Origin: Candidatus Hydrogenedentota bacterium
GTDB lineage: Bacteria > Hydrogenedentota > Hydrogenedentia > Hydrogenedentales > JAEUWI01
Direction of reading: 5' to 3'
Assembly: GCA_019637335.1 (NCBI GenBank)
Contig: JAHBVV010000006.1
Span: 6,235-70,234, forward strand
Length of the DNA: 64,000 bases
Each line of letters begins with the position of its first letter. Within the stretch, counting starts at the first letter, position 1. The notes beneath the pieces are model-generated. The model saw only the letters and a list, made by a program, of their open reading frames with translations. It made no database searches and was not told the origin of the DNA. Positions 46,870 to 55,125 of this stretch are shown one piece after another. The position numbers and the translations under genes are program-made.

Positions 46870-48143
46870 CCGCCCAGCGGCCTGGCAAGGCCTGTCTGGG
46901 AAAGGCCGCGCCGCATATCGCGTGGGCGATGGCCTTCTTCTTCTTCGTGCTGCCGGCGCTCTTTGCGGCCATGTGGCGCTATTCGGAATCGGGCTACACC
47001 CCGCTTCAGCTTGAAAGTCCCCCGGTATACGCCCGGATCGATGCCGGCGAACGGATGTACCTCCTCACAAGTCACCGGACCTACTTCCGGCCGGCCATGC
47101 AGCCAAAATCGAAGCTCTTTCGCTCAAACCCACGGGTGGAGTTGTGGGCCATCGACCCCGCCAACGCCGCTACAATCTGGCGAAAACGGCTTGAAGAAGA
47201 AAAGCCTCCCACAATCGCCTCCGGCTCGCTGCTGGGGGTGCATGGCGACACGGTCTGGCTGCTGGCGTCCGGCGAACTCATCGCGCTCGGCGCCAAGAGC
47301 GGGACCCTGAAGGCCACGCGCGTGGATTTCGAGTCGATCAACCCCCAGCTTGCGGGGATGATTCCCGACGAGACGCGTTATTTTGCCTTCGATAAGAACG
47401 GCCTTCAGATTACGGCCACAGACGCGCGAAACTGGCGTCTCGATCCGGACACCTTCAAGGCCCATCTGGATGTAGCAGAGTCTTCGACTCCGGCGGCGGC
47501 GTTTCCGCCCGTGTTCTATTCCACGGTGATCACCTGGAGCCACCTGGTGCGCGGCATCGACACTCCCGGTGAGTGGATGGGCCTCCTGACCCCGGAGGAA
47601 GCGGTCACCTTCGAGAAGAACAATGCCCTGGGTGGGCTCACTTCCGATACCCGGCGGGGCCTGTGGGCCGGACGTTCCCACCCCCCCGGCGACAGTTTCG
47701 GAGCGCTGCCCGATTACTTCGATCTCAATCCCGTTCCGGGCGCGCCCGATTTTCTGGATGGAGGGCTGCTTCGGGAGTGCGGCACGCTGGAGGGCCTCCC
47801 GCCCATTCACCTCGCCGATCCAGACAGCGTGCTGGTGCTTCACCGGGAGCGCCTCGGCGAAACCGCCGCCTTGCGCCTCGCTCGCGTCACCCGGCCGGAT
47901 GGCCGCGCCGTGTGGGAAACGGCGCTCCCACTGACCCGGGTATACTCGGTTGTGCGGGCGGAATCCGCCGTTCTTCTATTCGGGATCGAATATCGGCAGG
48001 ACGATCCCGAAGTCCGCGATCCGGCGCGAGATTCGCCGCAGCGCCTGGTGGCTGTGGAGTTCGCGTCCGGAGCCACGCACGTTCACAGCCACACCGATTT
48101 CGATTCGTATCCCGAGGCGGAGCTGGTCTATTTGCGGCGGTGA
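46866..48143 (+). CDS. Hypothetical membrane-anchored protein
   Basis: The GTG overlaps the previous stop (GTGA). There is one N-terminal TM segment (IAWAMAFFFFVLPALFAAMW). I recognise no family. Confidence 0.55.
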   Translation: MTAQRPGKACLGKAAPHIAWAMAFFFFVLPALFAAMWRYSESGYTPLQLESPPVYARIDAGERMYLLTSHRTYFRPAMQPKSKLFRSNPRVELWAIDPANAATIWRKRLEEEKPPTIASGSLLGVHGDTVWLLASGELIALGAKSGTLKATRVDFESINPQLAGMIPDETRYFAFDKNGLQITATDARNWRLDPDTFKAHLDVAESSTPAAAFPPVFYSTVITWSHLVRGIDTPGEWMGLLTPEEAVTFEKNNALGGLTSDTRRGLWAGRSHPPGDSFGALPDYFDLNPVPGAPDFLDGGLLRECGTLEGLPPIHLADPDSVLVLHRERLGETAALRLARVTRPDGRAVWETALPLTRVYSVVRAESAVLLFGIEYRQDDPEVRDPARDSPQRLVAVEFASGATHVHSHTDFDSYPEAELVYLRR

Positions 48144-48234
48144 GTGCCCGCATAGCGCCGCCGCGGGCTCAATGGAATTCCGCCATGGGCGGGTGTTGCG
48201 GTTGCGTTGAATTCCCCGGCAATCGGGGCGCCCG

Positions 48235-48687
48235 CTAGTTGAAGACCACCATCTTTCGCGCCTTGCGGGAGGTTCCGCAGCCCTTGCAGCCCCCACACGA
48301 TTTGATCTTCTCCGTCACGAGATCGACGGCGATCCGCGCCGTGATCGTCGTGGCGTCCCCATCGCAACTGACCTCCGCCGCCGCGCAAATCTCCCCCGGA
48401 CCGCCGCTTTCCCGGCCCAGCAACACCGCCAGCGCCGACTGGATCGCGATCAGGTGCTTCAGCCCGAGAAATTCCTCCAGCGGATCCTCCACGGGCCACG
48501 ATTCGAGAAAAACTTCCGGCGTAATGCCCAGCAGGTCCTCCGCCGGCATGCCCTGGAACGCGCCAAGCAACAGGCTCTCCACCCCCACCCCCTGGCCGCA
48601 CGTGCGCTTGCGAAAATGGTAGTCCACCAGGCAATCGCGGCCATCCACCGTCACGTCCATGATCTCGGTAATATCGCTACACGGCAT
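48235..48687 (-). CDS. Hypothetical protein, possibly a divergent IscU/SufU-like fold with C-terminal CGGCKGCG motif
   Basis: DYHFRKRTCGQGVGVESLLLGAFQGMPAEDLLGI...LKHLIAIQSALAVLLG is colinear by eye with the IscU core, but only one Cys ligand is kept. The start overlaps the PCD gene by 11 nt. Confidence 0.5.
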   Translation of the reverse strand: MPCSDITEIMDVTVDGRDCLVDYHFRKRTCGQGVGVESLLLGAFQGMPAEDLLGITPEVFLESWPVEDPLEEFLGLKHLIAIQSALAVLLGRESGGPGEICAAAEVSCDGDATTITARIAVDLVTEKIKSCGGCKGCGTSRKARKMVVFN

Positions 48688-49030
48688 CTTCGTACGCTTT
48701 TTCTACCTTCGCCGCAAACACGAAGTCGCTCTCGGTGAGCCCGTCTATCTTGTGGGTCCAGATCGTCACCACCACCTTGCCCCACGCCGTCAGAATGTCC
48801 GGGTGATGGTTCGCCGCCTCCGCAACATAGCCCACCCGATTGGTAAAATCGAGTGCCTCCTGGAAATTCTTGAATTGGTATTCCTTCTCCAGGTGGTGTT
48901 CCTCCACCAGGCGCCAGTCGCTGCCGAGTTGCGCATGGTAGGTGTGCAGTTCATGCCCCTTCAGCGGCGGAACGCCGCCCTTGCAGGGAACGCAATCCTT
49001 CGCGGCAAGCACTTCACATCCATCCAGCAT
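48677..49030 (-). CDS. Pterin-4-alpha-carbinolamine dehydratase (PCD/DCoH family)
   Basis: The ATG at 49030 follows GGAGGA. CVPCKGGVPPLKGHEL...WRLVEEHHLEKEYQFKNFQEALDFTNRVGYVAEAANHHPDILTAWGKVVVTIWTHKIDGLTESDF is present. Confidence 0.88.
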   Translation of the reverse strand: MLDGCEVLAAKDCVPCKGGVPPLKGHELHTYHAQLGSDWRLVEEHHLEKEYQFKNFQEALDFTNRVGYVAEAANHHPDILTAWGKVVVTIWTHKIDGLTESDFVFAAKVEKAYEDAV

Positions 49031-49056
49031 GGGTTCCTCCTTGTCGGGTTGCGCGC

Positions 49057-49401
49057 TCAGACGTCGAATACCTTCGGCGGCCGGGCGTACCACAGGTTCA
49101 GGTCGGCGCGATCATCCAGCGTGACCGCGCCAAGCCGGATCGTGTAGGATTCTTCGCCGTCGCACTGGTAGCGGATTTCCCCGCCCAGGATCTCCCAGTC
49201 GCCCGATTCCGGGCCGCTGAGAATGAGCGTGTGCGGGAAGCTCTGGGGATGCCCCGTCGCCTCCAGCGTCTCGCCCGGGCCCGTCCCGCCCTTCTGCTCG
49301 TCAAAGTCCAGCGGGAAGCCGTTGATGGTGTATTGGGGAACGCCGCCCGGACCCGCCTCGCCGGTCCGGAGCACCACGTGAAACGTATCGAGTCGCGGCA
49401 T
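49057..49401 (-). CDS. Hypothetical small protein (114 aa)
   Basis: Ordinary composition and placement between operon genes support it. I have no confident family; it looks vaguely PLAT/beta-sandwich-like. Confidence 0.5.
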   Translation of the reverse strand: MPRLDTFHVVLRTGEAGPGGVPQYTINGFPLDFDEQKGGTGPGETLEATGHPQSFPHTLILSGPESGDWEILGGEIRYQCDGEESYTIRLGAVTLDDRADLNLWYARPPKVFDV

Positions 49402-49404
49402 CGC

Positions 49405-50184
49405 CTACATCCCCATCCCGGCGGGTAGTTCACTGAAATACGGATTCGTGCCCGACAGGTGATCGGTCTCGTCGAGCAGCGCCCCGAGTTCGGGGACCGC
49501 CTGCCGGAACGCCCCTTCCACGCCGGATCGCAGCGTGATCGTCGACGCCGCGCAGCCCTGGCAGCCGCCGCCCATCGTGATGTACGCCGTGTTGCCCGTC
49601 ACGCGGTTGAGGGTGATTACCCCCGAGTGCGACGCAATCCCGGGATTGATCTCCTCGTCGATGACCCGTTGCAGCCGCGTGCGGATCTCGTCTTCACTCG
49701 GAATCGAGTCCTGGTACGCCGGATCCAGCACCGGCAGACCGCTCTGGAGGTGCGCGCGGATCTGTTCCGCCACCTTCTTCGCGAATTCCTCCCACGGGCT
49801 GAAATCGCTTCCATCCCGCGTCACCGTCACCGTCATGTCGTGGATAAGCACCGTGCCGATACCGCCCAGATCAAACAGGGACGCCGCCAGCGGCGACGCG
49901 GCATACGCCGTGTCCGCCTCCGGCGCCCAGAACGACATCCGCGTAAGCAGCGGGCGGTCAACTAGCAGGATACACGCGTTCGCGCGCGGTTCAAGCCGCG
50001 CCTTGATGGCGATCTGGTCGCCGGGCACGCGAGATCCGCCTTCCGCCGCGATCACCGGCGCGCTCACCACGCGGCGCGGCGCCGGCATCGGCTCATCGTC
50101 GTCCAGCTCGGCGACGGCATCCGAAACCGCCGCCGGCGCCTCGTCGGCATCCGTATTAAACACCTTGGAAAACCAGGATGGCAT
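49405..50184 (-). CDS. NifU/Nfu family Fe-S cluster carrier (Nfu_N + NifU C-terminal CxxC domain)
   Basis: IHDMTVTVTRDG...EINPGIASHSGVITLNRVTGNTAYITMGGGCQGCAASTITLRSGVE follows an acidic N-terminal tail. Confidence 0.85.
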   Translation of the reverse strand: MPSWFSKVFNTDADEAPAAVSDAVAELDDDEPMPAPRRVVSAPVIAAEGGSRVPGDQIAIKARLEPRANACILLVDRPLLTRMSFWAPEADTAYAASPLAASLFDLGGIGTVLIHDMTVTVTRDGSDFSPWEEFAKKVAEQIRAHLQSGLPVLDPAYQDSIPSEDEIRTRLQRVIDEEINPGIASHSGVITLNRVTGNTAYITMGGGCQGCAASTITLRSGVEGAFRQAVPELGALLDETDHLSGTNPYFSELPAGMGM

Positions 50185-50223
50185 GGAAATTACCTCCGGT
50201 ACATTGGAGAATTAGTAATACTC

Positions 50224-50432
50224 TAGCCGTCTGAAGTAAGGCGTTCGCCGATACGAGAGATGCCTTACTTACACGGGATGTCTTCGTCATTCCCGCGAAG
50301 GCGGGAATCCAGAGGGTTTGCAAGGTTAACGTTGCATGTTCTCTGGATCCCCACTTTTGTGGGGATGACGGTGTTCGGTCACCGAGAGCCGCCACCGTTG
50401 GGTGCGACGAGGGTGACTACTTCAGACGGCTA
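50224..50432. repeat. 209-nt multi-hairpin palindromic element bounded by a perfect 15-bp inverted repeat (MITE-like or structured RNA)
   Basis: The outer arms are TAGCCGTCTGAAGTA (50224-50238) and TACTTCAGACGGCTA (50418-50432). Inner stems are at 50235-42/50262-69, 50289-96/50301-08 (ATTCCC-N8-GGGAAT), 50309-14/50341-46 and 50347-54/50359-66. The segment is lower in GC. Confidence 0.8.
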
Positions 50433-50508
50433 AAAAATAACGAAAATTACAGGTCATTGACCTCATAAAGAAAGAACAACGCCGAGACCCCATCCATTCC
50501 CCTTGTGG

Positions 50509-50979
50509 TCACTGGTTCGCGCACCAGGCAAAGAGATTGGCCCACTCTTCCTGTTGCTTGCGCACCACATCCCGCGGATTCGCCGGCCGCGCCGCCGCCA
50601 CCTCGTCCACCAGCGCGTGCCCGTCATAGCCCGGCAACGCCGCCATCGCTGGATGTTGGCCCGCCCGGTTAAACCAGTAGTGGCTGTTCGAAAAATCGCC
50701 CTCGCGACGGTGCATAATCCCGTGCCAGTACGAACCCGTATCGTCCTTCAGCGTCTGGCTGATCTCGTGGCTGAGGTCGAGCTCGTCGATGTAGAGCCAA
50801 AGCGCCGACTGCAACGGAAGATTCTCCGCAATTGGCGGTTCTTTTATTATTTTGCGCACAATCGCCTTCAGTTCATCCGGCGCGCCCTTCCGGGGCGCCA
50901 ATTCGGTCATCGCCTCGTCGAGCGGCAGCGCATCGAACAGGGGTTGTACGGCCTGGGCGATAGGATCGGGCAGATCCAT
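50509..50979 (-). CDS. Conserved hypothetical protein (156 aa)
   Basis: Composition is ordinary, e.g. SYWHGIMHRREGDFSNSHYWFNRAG. I cannot name a family. Confidence 0.6.
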   Translation of the reverse strand: MDLPDPIAQAVQPLFDALPLDEAMTELAPRKGAPDELKAIVRKIIKEPPIAENLPLQSALWLYIDELDLSHEISQTLKDDTGSYWHGIMHRREGDFSNSHYWFNRAGQHPAMAALPGYDGHALVDEVAAARPANPRDVVRKQQEEWANLFAWCANQ

Positions 50980-51150
50980 AGTGCGCCTCCTTCCTGTCTA
51001 CGGGAACATTCCCTTCCAAACCGCGCATTTTACCCCAGCCAGACCGCCCCGGCCAAACCGGAAGTAGTCTCCAACGCCGCGCAAAGGTTGCACCGCGCGG
51101 CCGTATCGTGGTATCTTCTTACAGCGATGGCGCTTGCGCCATGCCCCGTT

Positions 51151-51241
51151 GGAGAGATGACCGAGTGGCCGAAGGTGGCGCCCTGCTAAGGCGTTGTGCG
51201 ACAAAATCGTACCGAGGGTTCGAATCCCTCTCTCTCCGCCA
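51151..51241 (+). tRNA. tRNA-Ser (anticodon GCT), CCA encoded
   Basis: The acceptor stem is GGAGAGA/TCTCTCC. The anticodon stem GCGCC/GGCGT carries the loop CT-GCT-AA. There is a long variable arm (GTGCGA-CAAA-ATCGTAC) and a T arm GAGGG-TTCGAAT-CCCTC, then discriminator G and CCA. Confidence 0.95.
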
Positions 51242-51250
51242 TGAACTCCC

Positions 51251-51280
51251 AAACCCCTGGAACTCAGGGGTTTTTCCTTT
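51251..51280 (+). terminator. Rho-independent terminator after tRNA-Ser
   Basis: AAACCCCTG (51251-59) / CAGGGGTTT (51265-73) is followed by a T-rich tract. The stop codon of the convergent FapA gene lies in the loop. Confidence 0.65.
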
Positions 51281-52826
51281 TCGGCGGGACCCCGCCACTC
51301 CCGCCGGCGCCTTTTTCCTCCCCGGCCCCCTCTTGCGCCGGGGCCTTGATCGTCCGAAGGTTCGTCGGGACGATCCGCGATCGCCCATCCCGCACCAGCG
51401 GGCGCACCGGCCCCGGCACTTCCTCCTGCACATGGCAGGTCTCTCCGTCGACCGTCAAATAGGTGTCCGAGTACAGCCGGCGGCGAATCAGAATCACCGG
51501 GTTGGTGTCCCGCAGCGAGTTGGCGCGAACCTCGTCGATTTCCGCCTTGATCGCCTGTATCGACGCCTGTATCGCGGGTATCCGCGCCGATAGCAGCCGG
51601 ATCGCCTGCCTGGCGCTCTCCGGAAGGGTGTGTGTCTTGCCGCGCACGCCGGCGAAGGTCTTCTGGATCTTCTCCAGATTGCCCCGCTGGTGCGCAAGCC
51701 GCGCCCGGAGTATCGCCAATTGCCCCTCAATGGTGTAATCCTCACCCGCGATCAGGTGTGTCGCGGCGGAGGCGGTGGAACCGGCCTGCCCCACATCGAT
51801 CCCGCCCCGCGCGATGACCCGGCCGCCGATAACGCGCCCCTGCGGTATGAGCACCGCCCCCAGCGTCGAGATGTTCGCGTGCATGACCTCCTTCTCCACC
51901 ACGATGTCCCCATTCGAGGTCACGTCCGCCTCCAGTATGTACTTGGCTCGGACGCCCCCAGACGCCACGACACGGACCCCTTCACCCCCCGTTATCCCGC
52001 CACGCACGATCAGCATGCCCGTGGTCTGGATGTGCGCGCGGTTCACCGATCCCATCACCTCCACGTCCCCCTTCGCCTCCAGCCGCGACCCCTCCTGGAT
52101 GTCCCGGTGCACCACCACCGCGCCCGGGTGCGACACATTGCCCGTCTCCAGCCCGATGTCCCCCTTGATTTCGTACACTTCGTCAACGGAAAGGAGCCCG
52201 TTGTTCCACCGGAAGCGGCCATCGCACGTGGCGTAGTAGCTGGCCGTCCCGGCATCTTCCCGCACATGGGAGCCCATCCGGATGCGCTGCGCGCGCGGCT
52301 TCCGGACGCGCACCACCGCCCCGGTCACGTCCATCCCATTCTTGCCCTCGATCGGCGGGATCACCGTGGCCAGCCGCTGGCCCTCGCACACCTCGCGCTC
52401 CCCCGCCCGCTGCCGGAAGTTCACCCGCCCCGTCACCTCGTCCACCACAAATCCCGTATTGAAGTAGTCGCCGCCCCATTCAATGCGGCCATCTACCGGA
52501 TACACGGGCGGTGTGCCCCGCAACAGCGCAACCCCCGTTATTACGGGTGAATCCGCCGTGTGCTCGCGCAGCCAGGCGACAATCGCGTCCTGCTTCGGCG
52601 GGCGGCGGACGCGATACCGCACCAGCTGCCGCGCGATCGCCTCCGCAAGCACCTCCAGCTCCTGGCCCGCCGTGTTCGCGTCTATCAGAACCGCCATCCG
52701 GTCCGGCGTGACGCGAACCGTGTACAGCTCGCTCTCCCCGCGCTCCGGCGGCCCCGCGGCCGCCTCCTCCCCGCCATGCGATTCCGGCGGCTGGCCTTTC
52801 GGAGAATGCTCCGGGTCGTGGGTCAT
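51264..52826 (-). CDS. FapA/DUF342 family protein
   Basis: The ATG at 52826 is used. The beta-helix-like repeats GDIGLETGNVSHPGAVVVHRDIQEGSRLEAKGDVEVMGSVNRAHIQTTGMLIVRGGITGG...VRAKYILEADVTSNGDIVV are followed by a C-terminal coiled coil. Confidence 0.8.
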   Translation of the reverse strand: MTHDPEHSPKGQPPESHGGEEAAAGPPERGESELYTVRVTPDRMAVLIDANTAGQELEVLAEAIARQLVRYRVRRPPKQDAIVAWLREHTADSPVITGVALLRGTPPVYPVDGRIEWGGDYFNTGFVVDEVTGRVNFRQRAGEREVCEGQRLATVIPPIEGKNGMDVTGAVVRVRKPRAQRIRMGSHVREDAGTASYYATCDGRFRWNNGLLSVDEVYEIKGDIGLETGNVSHPGAVVVHRDIQEGSRLEAKGDVEVMGSVNRAHIQTTGMLIVRGGITGGEGVRVVASGGVRAKYILEADVTSNGDIVVEKEVMHANISTLGAVLIPQGRVIGGRVIARGGIDVGQAGSTASAATHLIAGEDYTIEGQLAILRARLAHQRGNLEKIQKTFAGVRGKTHTLPESARQAIRLLSARIPAIQASIQAIKAEIDEVRANSLRDTNPVILIRRRLYSDTYLTVDGETCHVQEEVPGPVRPLVRDGRSRIVPTNLRTIKAPAQEGAGEEKGAGGSGGVPPKRKNP

Positions 52827-52911
52827 GGCGGCAGCCCGAAAACGCGCGCGGCGAAACGCCCCCGGCGGCGCGCCCACGCCCGCGCGGCCGAGAAATCACG
52901 CCCGCGCGCGC

Positions 52912-53646
52912 TCACGCCCTCCTCCGCAGGTACATCGCGCTGTTGTTATTGCGCATCTCGATGTCGAAGAGCCCCGTCTCCCGGATTAGATCGCTCAGCC
53001 GCTTATAGCCGTAGTTGATCGAGGAAAACGACGTGTTGTTGTTAATGTAGTGGTTCACCTGCGAAAAATTGGACCACCCGTCCTCGTCCGCCTTCTCCTC
53101 CACCGCGTTCCGCAACATCTTCACCAGCCCCGCGTCCTGCCGCAATTCCTTCCGCATCTTCTTCTTGAAAATCGGGTCCACCGCGCCGCCGTTCTCCGCC
53201 TCCTCCTTCTCCGCGATCAACTTATCGGTATTGATGAACCGGGAACACGCGTTCACCAGCGACTCGGGCGTCTTCGTCGCGCCGAATCCATACACCTTGA
53301 GCCCGCTCGTCTTCAGCCGCATCACCAGCGGCGTAAAATCGCTGTCGCTCGTCATCAGCGCAATGCCGTCCAGCTCCTGGGTATACAGCAGGTCCATCGC
53401 GTCAATGATCATCGCCGCGTCCGTCGCATTCTTGCCCTTGGTGTACGCGAATTGCTGGATGGGCTGGATCGCGAACGGGTGCAACGCCTCCTCCCAGCCC
53501 TTCAGCTCGGAATTCTTCCAGTTCCCGTACGCGCGCCGGATGTTCACCACGCCGTAGTTCGCCAGTTCGTTCAACACGCCATCGATGGCCTGGTGGCTCA
53601 CATTGTCACAGTCGATAAGCAGGGCTATACGCGCTTCGCGTTCCAT
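52912..53646 (-). CDS. NYN (LabA-like) nuclease-fold domain + OST-HTH/LOTUS domain protein
   Basis: The ATG at 53646 gives RIALLIDCDNVSHQAIDGVLNELANYGVVNIRRAYGNW...GKNATDAAMIIDAMDLLY...DGIALMTSDSDFTPLVMRLKTSGLKVYGFG. The C-terminal part is LOTUS-like (LVKMLRNAVEEKADEDGWSNFSQVNHYI). Confidence 0.8.
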   Translation of the reverse strand: MEREARIALLIDCDNVSHQAIDGVLNELANYGVVNIRRAYGNWKNSELKGWEEALHPFAIQPIQQFAYTKGKNATDAAMIIDAMDLLYTQELDGIALMTSDSDFTPLVMRLKTSGLKVYGFGATKTPESLVNACSRFINTDKLIAEKEEAENGGAVDPIFKKKMRKELRQDAGLVKMLRNAVEEKADEDGWSNFSQVNHYINNNTSFSSINYGYKRLSDLIRETGLFDIEMRNNNSAMYLRRRA

Positions 53647-53793
53647 AAAGGGCCTTTCGCGAGATTGTTTAAGGGGGAATCCCGTGATTCTAGCACAAGG
53701 GCCGCCACCGTGCACGCCCGCGCCCGGCCAATTCCGTCCGCTTCCGGGCGCCCGATCGCGCCGTGGCGCGTTCCGCCTGTCAATGAAATCTCC

Positions 53794-55125
53794 TTACGCG
53801 TTCCAGTCCCGCGCCGGACGGTGGCGCAGCCCATTGGCCTCGTCATCGCCGATAAACGATTCCGTCGCGGGATCAAACTTCAGTGGACGCTTCAGCAACC
53901 ACGCCAGCGCCGCCGCGTGACACGCAATATGCGAATGCCGCATCACCTCCGGATTGGTCACCGTGGGCTGGCGCGATTTCACGCAATCGATGAAGTTCCG
54001 CGCATGCGCCACCACATCCAGGCCGGGGTGCTCGCCGATCTCCTGACTCGTGCTGGCTTCCGGGAGGTCCGCAAACCCGGCCTTAAGCGCGTCCGGGCCC
54101 ACTTCGATGCCGCCGGTGTCCCCCGTCTCCACCCAGCCCGCGTCACCCACAAACCGGACCGGGCAGGTCCCCAGCTTCTGGATCCACCCCGGACGCACGC
54201 CAAACGGCGTTTCCAGGAAGTCCAGGATCACCTCCACGCCATTCTCGTAGCGCGCCGTGATCTTCTTTTCTTCCGGAATGTACTCCACCGGCATGGTATC
54301 GTCCGCCTGGTTTGCCCACTGGCACAGATCCACCGTATGCGCGCCCCAGTCCAGCAACCGCGACCCGGAATCAAAATCGTAATAGCCGCGCCATCCCCCC
54401 TTCACGTATTCGCTGTTGTACAGCCGCCACGGCGCGGGCCCAAGCCACATGTTCCAGTCCGCCTCCTCCTTCGCCGGCGTCGGCTCGCCCGGCAACCACT
54501 CGGTCAGATAGCTGGGCGTGTAAACCGACGCGTACATCGTCTGCAATTTCCCGAGCGCGCCGGAATGCGCGATTTCCACCGCCTGCCGGAAGTTCGCCAC
54601 GCTGCGACGCTGCGTGCCCGCCTGAAAAATCCGCCCCGTCCGCTTGAACGTCTCCGCAACTTCCTGGCACAGCCCGATCGTAATCGCGCACGGCTTTTCA
54701 CTGTACACATCCTTGCCCGCCTCCGCCGCCATCATCGAGGCGTGCGCGTGCCATCGATCCCCCGTCGCGATGAGCACCGCGTCAATATCGTCCCGCGCAA
54801 GCACATCGCGAAAGTCGGTATGGAGCTGGCAGTCGCTGTTGCCCTGCAGTTTGTCCACAAGCGCCTTGCCCCCCTCGCGACGGCGCTGTTGAACATCCGC
54901 CAGCGCCACGCAATGCACATCCGGCAGGGTCAGCATGCCGTTAAGGACATAGCGGCACCGCGACCCGCAGCCGATGACCCCGAGGGTGATCTTCTCGCTC
55001 GGCGCGACGCCGGCCGTCTGGGCCAGCACCTGCGACGGCACGATCGCGGGCATGGAAAGGGCCGCGGTGGATGCGATGGAAGCCTGCATAAACTGCCGGC
55101 GGGTCGATGGGCGGTTGCTCTTCAT
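53794..55125 (-). CDS. Gfo/Idh/MocA family oxidoreductase with TAT signal
   Basis: The internal ATG at 55125 gives MKSNRPSTRRQFMQASIASTAALSMPAIV, then ITLGVIGCGSRCR and YSEKP. It is a paralog of 1628-2983 and 4434-5759. Confidence 0.85.
   Translation of the reverse strand: MKSNRPSTRRQFMQASIASTAALSMPAIVPSQVLAQTAGVAPSEKITLGVIGCGSRCRYVLNGMLTLPDVHCVALADVQQRRREGGKALVDKLQGNSDCQLHTDFRDVLARDDIDAVLIATGDRWHAHASMMAAEAGKDVYSEKPCAITIGLCQEVAETFKRTGRIFQAGTQRRSVANFRQAVEIAHSGALGKLQTMYASVYTPSYLTEWLPGEPTPAKEEADWNMWLGPAPWRLYNSEYVKGGWRGYYDFDSGSRLLDWGAHTVDLCQWANQADDTMPVEYIPEEKKITARYENGVEVILDFLETPFGVRPGWIQKLGTCPVRFVGDAGWVETGDTGGIEVGPDALKAGFADLPEASTSQEIGEHPGLDVVAHARNFIDCVKSRQPTVTNPEVMRHSHIACHAAALAWLLKRPLKFDPATESFIGDDEANGLRHRPARDWNA

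Noticed and set aside
48144-48234. Possible terminator between the convergent genes at 48143 and 48235
   Set aside because: Short GC stems are present (GCCCGC/GCGGGC and CCCCG/CGGGG) but there is no U-tract on either strand, so this is too weak to call.
50156-50395. 79-aa ORF containing 'WIPAFAGMT'
   Set aside because: It is a translation artefact of the palindromic repeat element, not a gene.
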